From the NCBI GenBank assembly GCA_963705165.1, contig CAVPJD010000012.1, positions 32,001-96,000 of the forward strand: a stretch of 64,000 nucleotides of DNA, in the 5' to 3' direction. Shown here one piece after another: positions 43,146 through 53,166 of this stretch. This DNA comes from an uncultured delta proteobacterium (GTDB lineage Bacteria > Desulfobacterota > Syntrophia > Syntrophales > UBA2192). Below the pieces are notes generated by a model. The model made no database searches, was not told the DNA's origin, and was given only the letters and a program-made list of their open reading frames with translations. The translations under genes were made by a program, and so were the position numbers. Within the stretch, counting starts at the first letter, position 1, and the number at the start of each line of letters is the position of its first letter.

Positions 43146-44576
43146 ATGAGCGCTCGCAAGATAACCATCGAACCCGTGACAAGAATCGAGGGTCACGGGC
43201 GTGTCACGATCCATCTGAACGAACAGGGGGAGGTCGAGCAGACCTTCTTCCACGTGGACGAGTTCCGCGGGCTGGAGAAGTTCTCCGAGGGTCGCCCCTA
43301 TCTCGAGATGCCTCAGATCACCCAGCGCATCTGCGGCATCTGCCCGGTGAGCCACCACCTGGCGGCCGCCAAGGCCTGCGACGGTGTCGCCCGGGTGGAG
43401 CCTCCCCGGCCGGCAAAGCTTTTACGCGAGCTGATCCACATGGGCCAGATCATCCAGTCGCACGGGATGCATTTCTTCCATCTGGCCGCGCCGGATCTTC
43501 TCCTTGGATTCGACGCCGATCCTAAAGATCGCAACGTCTTCGGGATCATCAAGGCAAACCCGGAGCTGGCCGTCAAGGCCGTCCACCTGCGCCGCTACGG
43601 CCAGCAGATCATTTCGCGGCTCGGGGGCGGCAAGCGCATACACCCCAACCTCTGTGTTCCCGGCGGGGTCAACGCACCCCTGACGAGCGCGGACCGCGAC
43701 GCCATCGCCGCCGAACTCGATGGCATGACCGAGATCGGAAAGATTGCGCTCAGCGTCGCGCGGGGCTGGCTGGAGTCCAACAAGGCGCTCGCCGACATGT
43801 TTGCGTCGTTCCCCTCCAACTACATGGGGCTCGTTGACGAGGAAGGCGGACTGCAGCTCTACGACGGCGAGATCCGCGTCAAGGACGCCGACGGCAAGTA
43901 CCTCGCCCAGTTCAAGTCGGAGGCCTACCTCTCCCACATCGGGGAGCACGTGGAGCCCTGGTCGTTCCTCAAGCACCCCTTCTACCGCAAGCAGGGCTTC
44001 CCGCAGGGCTTCTATCGAGTAGGCCCCCTGGGGCGCATGAACGTCATCGACAAGATCGGCACGCCCCTGGCCAACGAAGAGTTCAAGCAGTTCAGGACGA
44101 TCAACAGCGGCAAGCCCGTCGAAGGGTCCCTCTATTACCACTACGCCCGGATGATCGAGCTGCTCTACAGCCTCGAGCGCGTCGGCCAGCTGCTGGACGA
44201 CCCGGACATCCTCTCCAAGGACGTCCGCAACTATCCGAAGCTGCAGCTTCCCGGACAGGGCGTCGGCGTGATCGAAGCCCCCCGCGGGACGCTGATCCAC
44301 GACTACAGCACCGATGAGAACGGCATCCTGACGAGGGTGAACCTCATCGTGGCCACGGGCAACAACAACTGGGCCATGCACACGGCGTCGGGGGCGGTGG
44401 CGAAGGCCTTCGTGAACGGCAACAAACTCACCGAGGGCATGCTCAACCGGGTCGAGGCGGCTATCCGCTGCTATGACCCGTGCCTGTCCTGCGCCACCCA
44501 CGCCATCGGCAAGATGCCGCTGGAAATCACGCTGATGGCCGCGGACGGGACCGAGCTGGACCGCATCGCACGCTGA
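43146..44576 (+). CDS. hoxH: Group 3 [NiFe]-hydrogenase large subunit
   Basis: PVTRIEGH, RICGICPVSH (L1), EAPRGTL.H, YDPCLSCATH (L2) plus cleavable C-terminal tail. Confidence 0.95.
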   Translation: MSARKITIEPVTRIEGHGRVTIHLNEQGEVEQTFFHVDEFRGLEKFSEGRPYLEMPQITQRICGICPVSHHLAAAKACDGVARVEPPRPAKLLRELIHMGQIIQSHGMHFFHLAAPDLLLGFDADPKDRNVFGIIKANPELAVKAVHLRRYGQQIISRLGGGKRIHPNLCVPGGVNAPLTSADRDAIAAELDGMTEIGKIALSVARGWLESNKALADMFASFPSNYMGLVDEEGGLQLYDGEIRVKDADGKYLAQFKSEAYLSHIGEHVEPWSFLKHPFYRKQGFPQGFYRVGPLGRMNVIDKIGTPLANEEFKQFRTINSGKPVEGSLYYHYARMIELLYSLERVGQLLDDPDILSKDVRNYPKLQLPGQGVGVIEAPRGTLIHDYSTDENGILTRVNLIVATGNNNWAMHTASGAVAKAFVNGNKLTEGMLNRVEAAIRCYDPCLSCATHAIGKMPLEITLMAADGTELDRIAR

Positions 44577-44600
44577 TTTCAAATCCTGCAAAGCAAAAGA

Positions 44601-44635
44601 AAGCGGGTGAACGCAACGCGTTCACCCGCTTCTCC
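44601..44635 (+). terminator. Strong hairpin after the large subunit
   Basis: AAGCGGGTGAACGC-AAC-GCGTTCACCCGCTT perfect 14-bp stem. Confidence 0.6.
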
Positions 44636-44660
44636 ATTCTGACATCACAGGAAGACCCCG

Positions 44661-45167
44661 ATGATCCGGACACTGGTAATAGGCTTCGGCAACCTGGACC
44701 GCGCCGACGACGGCGTTGCCTTTCACGTGGTCAATGCCTTCCGGCGGCGGCGGGGACAGGCGGCCCTCGACGAGGGAAACACCGGCCTCGAGGAACTCGG
44801 AGCCCCGGTGGATTCGGTCTTCATCGGTCAGTTGGTTCCGGAAATGATCGATATGCTCGACGATTACGACCGGGTCGTCTTCGTGGACGCCCATGTCGAC
44901 CCGGCCCTCGATGATCTTTACTGCGCGGCCGTCTCAACCGACGAGGCCGGCCTGGCCTTCACCCACCACATGAGCCCCGCAACGCTCCTCGCCTTTTTCA
45001 AGGCCCTGAACGGCCGAGATCTCGAGGGCCACCTGGTCTCGATACGTGGCCGCGACTTTGATTTCCACCGTGATCTCTCCATGGAGACTATCACGCTCGT
45101 GGAGCCCGCCGTTGAACGGATCATAAGTTTACTCGGCCCTACCGTGAAAGATGCCGAGCCGACTTGA
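44661..45167 (+). CDS. Hydrogenase maturation protease
   Basis: IGFGN..RADDGV, VVFVDA, THH. Confidence 0.9.
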   Translation: MIRTLVIGFGNLDRADDGVAFHVVNAFRRRRGQAALDEGNTGLEELGAPVDSVFIGQLVPEMIDMLDDYDRVVFVDAHVDPALDDLYCAAVSTDEAGLAFTHHMSPATLLAFFKALNGRDLEGHLVSIRGRDFDFHRDLSMETITLVEPAVERIISLLGPTVKDAEPT

Positions 45168-45385
45168 GCAGGATCACCTCCTCCTTCCCCCCTCGCCATT
45201 CCTGACCAGGCAGGAGTCAGCTTTCACCTGCCTACTTGGGAGTACTGAATAAGGGGTTGAAATTTTCGGCCCATTACTTCATCATTCCATTACTCCATCC
45301 TTCCGAACGAGTGCACGCCTCGGGAAGGACCTTGTCGACCATGCACTCTTACCCTACAGCCTAACGGCACGGGAATACCAAAAAA

Positions 45386-46663
45386 ATGGACCAGACACCC
45401 AAAGCCCCCCGGCTCCACATCGCCGTCTTCGGGCGGACCAACGTGGGCAAGTCGAGCCTGCTGAACCTTCTCGTGGGGCAGGACATCGCGATCACGTCGC
45501 CCGTGGCGGGAACGACGACGGACGTCGTCGAAAAGGCTTTGGAGCTTCGGCCGCTGGGACCCGTCCTCATCATGGACACGGCAGGGCTCGACGCCACGTC
45601 GGCCCTCGCCGAGTTGAGAATCGAGAAAACGAAGAAGGTCTTCGACCGGGCCGACGTGGCGCTGCTCGTGACGGAACCGGGCACCTGGACGGACTTCGAG
45701 GAGAGCGTCGTCGACGAGTCGAAGATGCGCAGGCTTGCCCTTCTTGTCGCCGTCAACAAGATCGACCGCGAGAAGCCGTCCTCTTCCTTTCTGGAGAAGC
45801 TCCGTGACAAGGCGGGTCACGTCATCGCCCTGACCTGCAAGGACCCTCTCAGGCGCGAAGAATACAGGGAAACCCTCCAGGGCCTGCTGATGAAGCTGGC
45901 CCCGGAGAAATTCTTCAGGGCGCCCTCGCTGATCGCAGACCTGCTGCCGCCGGGGGGACTCGTGGTGCTCGTCGTGCCGCTCAATCTGCAGGCCCCGCAG
46001 GGGCGCCTCATCTTCCCGCAGGTACAGACGATCCGCGATGCCCTCGACAGCGACGCAATCTGCCTCGTCGTGAAGGAGCCGGAGCTGCTCTGCGCGCTCG
46101 ACGCCCTCAAGCGCCCGCCGGATCTCGTCGTCACCGACTCCCAGGCCCTCCAGAAGGTCTGTGCCGAAGTGCCGAATGAGATTGCGCTGACGACGTTCTC
46201 CATTCTCATGGCAAGGCAGAAGGGGGATCTGGCGCTTCAGGCCGAAGGGGCCGCCGTCATCGAGACGCTCCGGCCCGGCGACCGGGTCCTCATCGCCGAG
46301 GCCTGCTCGCACCACGCCCCGGAGGACGACATCGGCCGGGTGAAGATTCCCCGGTGGCTGAGTCAGTACGCGGGGGGGGAGATCGAGATCGAGACCTTTG
46401 CGGGACGGGACTACCCCGAGAATCTGGCGGACTTCAAGCTCGTCATCCACTGCGGCGGCTGCATGCTCAACCGCAAGGAGATGCTCTCGCGGCTGAAAAA
46501 AGCACAGCAAGCCGGTGTTCCCGTCACGGGCTACGGGGTGGCCGTCGCATTCCTGCAGGGGGTGATCCTGCGGACCCTGGCGCCCTTCCCTTCGGCCCTG
46601 CTGGCCTTCGAGCGCCGGGCGGCAGGATTCGCTAATTCAGGTCAGACTTCACAGGAATCTTAG
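45386..46663 (+). CDS. hydF: [FeFe]-hydrogenase H-cluster maturation GTPase HydF
   Basis: GRTNVGKSS, GTTTD, DTAG, NKID, GRLI.PQVQTIRD, TDSQA, EACSHH, HCGGCMLN. Confidence 0.93.
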   Translation: MDQTPKAPRLHIAVFGRTNVGKSSLLNLLVGQDIAITSPVAGTTTDVVEKALELRPLGPVLIMDTAGLDATSALAELRIEKTKKVFDRADVALLVTEPGTWTDFEESVVDESKMRRLALLVAVNKIDREKPSSSFLEKLRDKAGHVIALTCKDPLRREEYRETLQGLLMKLAPEKFFRAPSLIADLLPPGGLVVLVVPLNLQAPQGRLIFPQVQTIRDALDSDAICLVVKEPELLCALDALKRPPDLVVTDSQALQKVCAEVPNEIALTTFSILMARQKGDLALQAEGAAVIETLRPGDRVLIAEACSHHAPEDDIGRVKIPRWLSQYAGGEIEIETFAGRDYPENLADFKLVIHCGGCMLNRKEMLSRLKKAQQAGVPVTGYGVAVAFLQGVILRTLAPFPSALLAFERRAAGFANSGQTSQES

Positions 46664-47501
46664 ATTCGCAGGGAACCCCCGTCTGGCAGAGGCCGCAGGC
46701 GTAGCCATCAAAGCCGAAGTGCTCCACGATATAGGCCTTGCAGGTCTCGTGGACGTGCTTCGAGCAGGGGATCTTGTCGTGCCCTTTCTCGGAGAGGGCC
46801 TCGACGGGACATCGCTCCACGCACTTCTTGCAGCTCCCCTGGCTGAACCACAGGCAGTAGTCCTGGTGTCCCCTGTAAGGCCTGGGCGTTGCGGGAATCT
46901 CCATCTCGGCTACAACCGATCCGACCCTCATGGCCTTCCCCCGGCGGGTGATGAGGCCGTCTGAGAGCCCGAAGGTCCCCAGCCCCGAGACGAAGGCGGC
47001 ATGCCGCTCGGACCACTTCGAGGCAAAGACGAACTTGTCCGAAGCCATCCGCGACCACTGGGGCAGCAGAGTGGGCGCCGCAGCCCGGATGCCCTTCTTC
47101 TTCAATTCCTCCAGGATGTACCGGCGGAGCTTCTCGTTCACCACCTCCCCGTAGAACCGCGCCCTGGCCCAACTCTCGGGCGGGTAGGTCTTTTCTTTGC
47201 GGGTTTCCATCTTCGTGGCTTTCGTCTGGGGAAGAACCCAGCTCACGATCGTGAGCCTTTCCGGGGCGATGTTGCCGTTCGGGAAAGCCATCATGAACGC
47301 CTCGGCCGGCGTCCAGTGGAAGGGGCCCACGTGCTCCTTGAAGGATTCCCAGTACGCGTCGTCCCCCCTCGAAAATCCCACGAGCGGGTCGTCCCACGCC
47401 TTGTCATTCGCCGCATTCCCGAGGGTGTTCTCCGGCGAGGTGTTCACCCAGTTACGGATGATCGACTCGATCCACTTCCCCCGATCTTCTGATTTTTTCA
47501 T
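46632..47501 (-). CDS. QueG/epoxyqueuosine reductase-like 4Fe-4S protein
   Basis: WSERHAAF..GLGTFG, CKKCVERCP, ACGLCQTGVPC. Confidence 0.8.
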   Translation of the reverse strand: MKKSEDRGKWIESIIRNWVNTSPENTLGNAANDKAWDDPLVGFSRGDDAYWESFKEHVGPFHWTPAEAFMMAFPNGNIAPERLTIVSWVLPQTKATKMETRKEKTYPPESWARARFYGEVVNEKLRRYILEELKKKGIRAAAPTLLPQWSRMASDKFVFASKWSERHAAFVSGLGTFGLSDGLITRRGKAMRVGSVVAEMEIPATPRPYRGHQDYCLWFSQGSCKKCVERCPVEALSEKGHDKIPCSKHVHETCKAYIVEHFGFDGYACGLCQTGVPCESKIPVKSDLN

Positions 47502-47781
47502 GGTTGATCCCTTCTCCTCTCAAATCAGGGTCCCGGGTTCAGGGTACAGGGAATGTGAAAGAATGTTTCCTGATTTCCCTGGCCCCTTTACTCTATACCC
47601 TATACCCTTTTTTAGGGCAGAGGCGTTTCCGTATTCCCAATCTCAGCGGTATTCTACCGAGACACGGGCTGCAGGTCCATTTTTTTGAGATGGGTCAGGC
47701 AAAAAGTGGGGGCGTCCTTTTCTGCAAGTTTCTTGACTTGTCGCGGCCATGCGTTATCTTACTCCGAGAATAACATTTCAA

Positions 47782-47939
47782 CTCAACGTGCAAACGGGAA
47801 GGTCTTCCGAAAGAAATCCCCCGTCAAGTGGCACTGCCGCAACTGCGGATACGTCCACGAAGGCGCCGAGGCCCCCTCGGAGTACCCCGCCTGCAGCCAT
47901 CCGAAGGCTTACTATGAAGTCATGGCGGAAAACTACTGA
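47782..47939 (+). pseudogene. C-terminal remnant of rubrerythrin
   Basis: NGKVFRKKSPVKWHCRNCGYVHEG.EAP..YPAC.HP.AYYEV..ENY; second CxxC mutated to YxxC and the diiron domain is missing. Confidence 0.8.
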
Positions 47940-48152
47940 CGGCCAAGGTTTGTTAGTTCAAAGCGCTTCGCGCGGTGTTAAGTTTTACATGGTTACGTGT
48001 TAAGCGAAGAAAGAGGAAGATTGCTTCGCTCTGCTCCTAATGAACAGCGTCAATTCACAGAGGGGAAAATCCCCCTCTACCCCCCTTTACCAAAGGGGGA
48101 AGATTCAGGCTCCCTCCTTTGAAAAAGGAGGGTAGGGGAGGATTTTACGAGT

Positions 48153-48208
48153 GCTGTTTGTTCCATCGATAACCCCGTCCCCAGACGGGGTCCGTGGCTC
48201 GCAATGAC
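48153..48208. repeat. 56-bp hairpin repeat ending CTCGCAATGAC
   Basis: Inverted copy at 61219-61274 differing mainly in the loop. Confidence 0.8.
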
Positions 48209-48363
48209 AATTTTTTTCTTTCCTAAAACTTAAAACGCCGCGTCAGCGGTCACTTAAAACGTAAAACCTCGCGCAGCGACCGACCCTTTACCTTCGGCGC
48301 CTGCTGTGTTAAACAAAAACAGGCGTAAGGCAAAGGGCTAATGGCTAAAGGGGAAACGGGGTC

Positions 48364-49683
48364 ATGATTCCGAAGCTCAGTAAGTTCGTCCAGGAAGACA
48401 TCTGGAGAATTCGTGCCAAGGGACTGCCGCCGCTCAAGGCCTTCGGGATCCGGCACTTCCGCATCCTTCTTGCCGCCACCAGCGCATTCCAGGAGCACCG
48501 CTGCCTGTTGCGGGCCTCGGCGCTCACGTTCTTCACGCTGCTCTCCATCGTGCCGATCGTTGCCATGGCCTTCGGGATCGCCAAGGGCTTCGCGTTCGAG
48601 AAAGTCCTGGAGGAGAAGATCCTCGAGCGCTTCCCCGGGCAGGAGGAGGTGCTCCTGGAGGTCTTCAAGTTTGCCAACTCGATGCTTGCGAACACGCAGG
48701 GCGGCCTCATCGCCGGCGTGGGGGTCATTCTGCTCTTCTGGTCGATCATTAAGGTGCTGGGCAACATCGAGAGCTCCTTCAATGACATCTGGTCGGTGAA
48801 AAAAGACCGCACTCTCGCCCGCAAGATCACGGACTATCTCTCCGTCATGCTCGTGGCGCCGGTGCTGCTGGTCCTTTCGAGCAGCGTCACCGTCTTCGTC
48901 GCCACCCAACTCGCCGCGATCACGAACCGATTCGACGTGCTGGGGATCCTCGGCCCTGTAGTGCTCCTCTTCCTGAAGATCACCCCCTTCGTGATCATGT
49001 GGGTGCTCTTCGCGTTTCTCTACCTCTTCATGCCGAACCGGCATGTGAACCGCAAATCGGGATTTGTCGCCGGGATCATCGCCGGTTCCGTGTACGTCAT
49101 CGTCCAGTTGATCTACGTGAAGTTCCAGGTGGGCGTTGCCAGTTACAACGCCATCTACGGCAGCTTTGCAGCCCTGCCCCTCTTTCTCACCTGGCTGCAG
49201 CTGAGCTGGCTCATCGTGCTCGCCGGCGCCGAGATCTCCTGCATCCACCAGAATGCCGATGCGCTCGAGTACGGACCCGATGCGAGGCAGGCAAGCCATT
49301 ACTTCCGGCGGCTGCTGGCCCTGCGGATCGTCAACCACATGAGCCGGAATTTCGCCAAGGGCGAGGTTCCCCTGACGGCGGCGAGGATTTCGGAAAGTCT
49401 CGAGATCCCGCGGGGGCTCACCGCAGAGATTCTCGAGAATCTGACGGCAAGCGGAGTTCTCATCGAGGCGGCCAATCACGGCCGCGACGAGGCCGCCTAC
49501 GTGCCCGCCCGCGACACGGATCTGCTGACGGTGAAATTCGTCGTGGACGCCTTGGACCGCCGTGGCGTGGACCAGATCCCCGTGGCTCAAACGGAGGAAC
49601 TGGAAAAGATTTCTCAGAGCCTGCAGGCCTTGGGCGAGGCCAACGAAAAATCCCCGCAAAACCTCCGACTGAAAGACATCTGA
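48364..49683 (+). CDS. YihY/BrkB family membrane protein with C-terminal wHTH
   Basis: ASALTFFTLLSIVP, IE.SFNDIW, YN.IYGSFAALP..L.W. Confidence 0.92.
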   Translation: MIPKLSKFVQEDIWRIRAKGLPPLKAFGIRHFRILLAATSAFQEHRCLLRASALTFFTLLSIVPIVAMAFGIAKGFAFEKVLEEKILERFPGQEEVLLEVFKFANSMLANTQGGLIAGVGVILLFWSIIKVLGNIESSFNDIWSVKKDRTLARKITDYLSVMLVAPVLLVLSSSVTVFVATQLAAITNRFDVLGILGPVVLLFLKITPFVIMWVLFAFLYLFMPNRHVNRKSGFVAGIIAGSVYVIVQLIYVKFQVGVASYNAIYGSFAALPLFLTWLQLSWLIVLAGAEISCIHQNADALEYGPDARQASHYFRRLLALRIVNHMSRNFAKGEVPLTAARISESLEIPRGLTAEILENLTASGVLIEAANHGRDEAAYVPARDTDLLTVKFVVDALDRRGVDQIPVAQTEELEKISQSLQALGEANEKSPQNLRLKDI

Positions 49684-49736
49684 GATCAGGGACGTTGTTG
49701 ACAAAGTTGACTAACTTCAAAAAAGAGGCATGCCAG

Positions 49737-50444
<708 letters not shown>

Positions 50445-50475
50445 ACGACTCCGCGGCACACTACGGAGTATCAAC

Positions 50476-50541
50476 TGTCATTCCGGACTTGATCCGGAAT
50501 CCAGTTCCTAAAGATGGATTCCCGCCTTTGCGGGAATGACA
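50476..50541. repeat. REP-like doublet GTCATTCC..GGAATCCA / TGGATTCCCGC..GCGGGAATGAC
   Basis: Nested palindromes seen directly. Confidence 0.8.
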
Positions 50542-50585
50542 CCGGCGAAGCCAGACTTGAGTATTTGGGCCTGTACCCTTAACCC

Positions 50586-53093
50586 TTGACCCTGGGTTTA
50601 TCCTTGCGCACCGTTACCCGATCCTTCCTTCGCTATCTCTACCGGCGGCGCAGCCTCAGCCTGCTCCAGCTCCTCGGGATTGCCTGCGGGGTGGCCGCCG
50701 CCATCGGAATGGCCCTCTCGGCCCAGTCGGCCCTCTCCAGCTTTTCCCAGGCGGTGGAATTTCTCCGGGGGAAATCCTCCCACACCCTGGAGCGGCTCGC
50801 AGGGCCCATGGACGAAGCGATCCTGCGGGATCTCGTCAGCGACCCCGCCGTCGTATCCCTCGCCCCCGTCGTGGAGCGGCGGCTGAAACTCGCCAACGGC
50901 GATCTCGTCCGGCTCCTGGGCATCGACCCCTTCCTCGATCGGGCCATCCGGCCCGAGATCTCCCGGGCCCCCTTCGAGCAACGCGCAGGCGGCGAGCAAG
51001 AGGACTCCCTTGCCTTCCTCACCGATGAGCGGGCCGTCCTGCTCGAAGAAAACCTTGCCCGTGAACTCGGGCTTGCGAAAGGCAGCGTTCTCAACACCCT
51101 CCGGGGCCGCCTCAATGTGATCGGGATCTTCCCCAACCCCTCCGGCGAGCCCCTCATCCTCATGGACATCGCCCATGCCCAGAAGCTGCTTGGGCTGCCC
51201 GGCAAGATCGATCACGTCGATCTCATCCTCACCGACGAGAGCGGTTTTGTCTCCCGATGGCAGGAGGGATACCGGATCCAGTCCAAACGCCAGCGGCAGG
51301 AGACGTTCGGCGCCATGGTGGGGGCCTTCCGGCTCAACCTGGAGGCCCTCTCGCTCATGGCCCTCTTCGTGAGTGTGTTTCTGATCTACAACACGGCCAT
51401 GTTCGCCGTCGTGAGCCGCCGGCGCGACGCCGGTATCCTCCGGAGCCTGGGCGCAAGCCGGGGCGAAGTCGCAAGGGCCTTTCTGGCCGAGATCGCCCTT
51501 TTCGGCATCCTCGGCGGGCTCCTGGGAAGCGCCTTCGGCTATCTCCTGAGCCGGGTGCTGACGGACATCATCGGCGGCACGATCAGCAGCCTCTACTTCT
51601 TCCTGCGGCCCACGCCCATGCCCTGGTCCTGGTGGATCCCGGCCGCCGGCGTCATCGTGGGACTCGGGGCAAGCCTCCTGGGGAGCCTCCTGCCCCTGCT
51701 GGAGCTCTCCCGTGTCGACCCCGTGCTCACCCTGAGGGGGCGATCGGGAAACCGAGAGAGCCGCCGCCTGGCCTGGCGCGTTGCGATGGCGGGCGTATTC
51801 ATCCTGGTTGCCAGCATCATCGTTCTCGCGTTCTTTTCAAAGCAGATCTACGTGGCCTATATCGGCGTCTTCGGATTCCTCTTCGGGCTGAGCCTGCTGA
51901 CGGGCGTCATCATGGTGCTCGCCCATCCGCTGCTGCGTCGCCTGCTCGGCGGCATGGGAAAGCTTCCCGGGCGGATCGCCGCTGGCAACATTATCCAGAA
52001 CCTGGGCCGAACCGGCGTTGCCGTAGCCGCCTTCATGGTGGCGCTTTCCCTGTCCATCGGACTGGGCTCCATGATCGGCAGCTTTCGCGAATCGCTCATC
52101 TGGTGGATGGGCACGCAGCTGCGCGGCGACATGTACATCTCCAACGCCTCGGACATGGAGGTGCCCGAGGGCTTCTATGAGGAGATCAAGCGCATCCCGG
52201 GGATCGGCGGCGTCGACACCTACCGCAAGGTGCCCGTCCTGTACCGCGGCCGCACGGTGCATGTGGCAGGCATCAAGGCCGATGTCCTCCAGCGCTTCGC
52301 CCGTTTCGGCTGGGTCGCAGGCGGCGACGAGCACTGGGAGGCCGTAAAGAAGGGCGATGTCATCGTCTCGGAGAGCTTTGCCCGAAGCGCCGGGGCGGGC
52401 CCGGACAGCGAGATCACCCTCGAGGGGGTAGCGGGCCCCGTCCATCTGCGCATCGAGGGTGTATTCTACGACTACTCCACGGAGCACGGCCTCATCATGA
52501 TGGACCGCGAGACCTACATCGGCCTTTACGGCGACCGGACGATCAACAGCGTTGCCGTTTTCATCGACCCTGCCGAGCCCCGCAGGAAGCAGATCCTCGA
52601 CGATGTCCGCAGCAGAGCGCTATCGCGGGGGCTCCCGGCCTTCACGCGCGAGCAGTTCCACAGCAACATCCTCGAGGTCTTCGACAGCACCTTTGCCGTG
52701 ACGCGCTCCATGAGGATCATTGCCATCGTCATCGCATTCTTCGGGATCACGGGGGCGCTGATGACGCTCTTCATCGAGCGGCAGCGCGATTTCGGCATCC
52801 TGAGGGCACTCGGGTTCTCCACGGGACAGGTGGCCGGCATGACGCTGCTGGAGGCCATCGGGATGGGGCTCGTGAGCTTCGTGCTCAGCGCCGGCGTGGG
52901 AACGCTGCTTGCCATCCTGCTCATCCGCGTCATCAACCTGCGAAGCTTCAACTGGACGATCTTCTACTACCCCGACTGGCAGCCCTACGCCATCACGGCA
53001 GCAACGGCGCTTGCCGCCAGCGTCGGCGCGGCACTCTACCCGATCTGGAAAGTAATGCGGACCTACCCGCAGATGCAGATCAGGGAAGAATGA
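50586..53093 (+). CDS. ABC permease, duplicated MacB-PCD/FtsX domains
   Basis: LLGIACGVA, RRRD.GILRSLGAS, ERQRDFGILRALGFS; start uncertain. Confidence 0.9.
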   Translation: MTLGLSLRTVTRSFLRYLYRRRSLSLLQLLGIACGVAAAIGMALSAQSALSSFSQAVEFLRGKSSHTLERLAGPMDEAILRDLVSDPAVVSLAPVVERRLKLANGDLVRLLGIDPFLDRAIRPEISRAPFEQRAGGEQEDSLAFLTDERAVLLEENLARELGLAKGSVLNTLRGRLNVIGIFPNPSGEPLILMDIAHAQKLLGLPGKIDHVDLILTDESGFVSRWQEGYRIQSKRQRQETFGAMVGAFRLNLEALSLMALFVSVFLIYNTAMFAVVSRRRDAGILRSLGASRGEVARAFLAEIALFGILGGLLGSAFGYLLSRVLTDIIGGTISSLYFFLRPTPMPWSWWIPAAGVIVGLGASLLGSLLPLLELSRVDPVLTLRGRSGNRESRRLAWRVAMAGVFILVASIIVLAFFSKQIYVAYIGVFGFLFGLSLLTGVIMVLAHPLLRRLLGGMGKLPGRIAAGNIIQNLGRTGVAVAAFMVALSLSIGLGSMIGSFRESLIWWMGTQLRGDMYISNASDMEVPEGFYEEIKRIPGIGGVDTYRKVPVLYRGRTVHVAGIKADVLQRFARFGWVAGGDEHWEAVKKGDVIVSESFARSAGAGPDSEITLEGVAGPVHLRIEGVFYDYSTEHGLIMMDRETYIGLYGDRTINSVAVFIDPAEPRRKQILDDVRSRALSRGLPAFTREQFHSNILEVFDSTFAVTRSMRIIAIVIAFFGITGALMTLFIERQRDFGILRALGFSTGQVAGMTLLEAIGMGLVSFVLSAGVGTLLAILLIRVINLRSFNWTIFYYPDWQPYAITAATALAASVGAALYPIWKVMRTYPQMQIREE

Positions 53094-53166
53094 ATCAGGG
53101 AACAGGGTTCAGGGTCAAGGGTACAGGGTAAAGATAGAGAACAACGAGGAAAAGATTGCAGGCGTT

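Noticed and set aside
43146..44576. [NiFeSe] hydrogenase
   Set aside because: The L2 motif is DPCLSC with Cys codons and there is no in-frame TGA
46632..46663. 32-bp convergent overlap between hydF and the QueG-like gene
   Set aside because: Short 3' overlaps are common and only non-conserved tails are involved
48999..49736. Long N-terminal extension of the ABC ATPase (481-aa ORF)
   Set aside because: Off-frame overlap with yihY; ABC homology starts only after 49737
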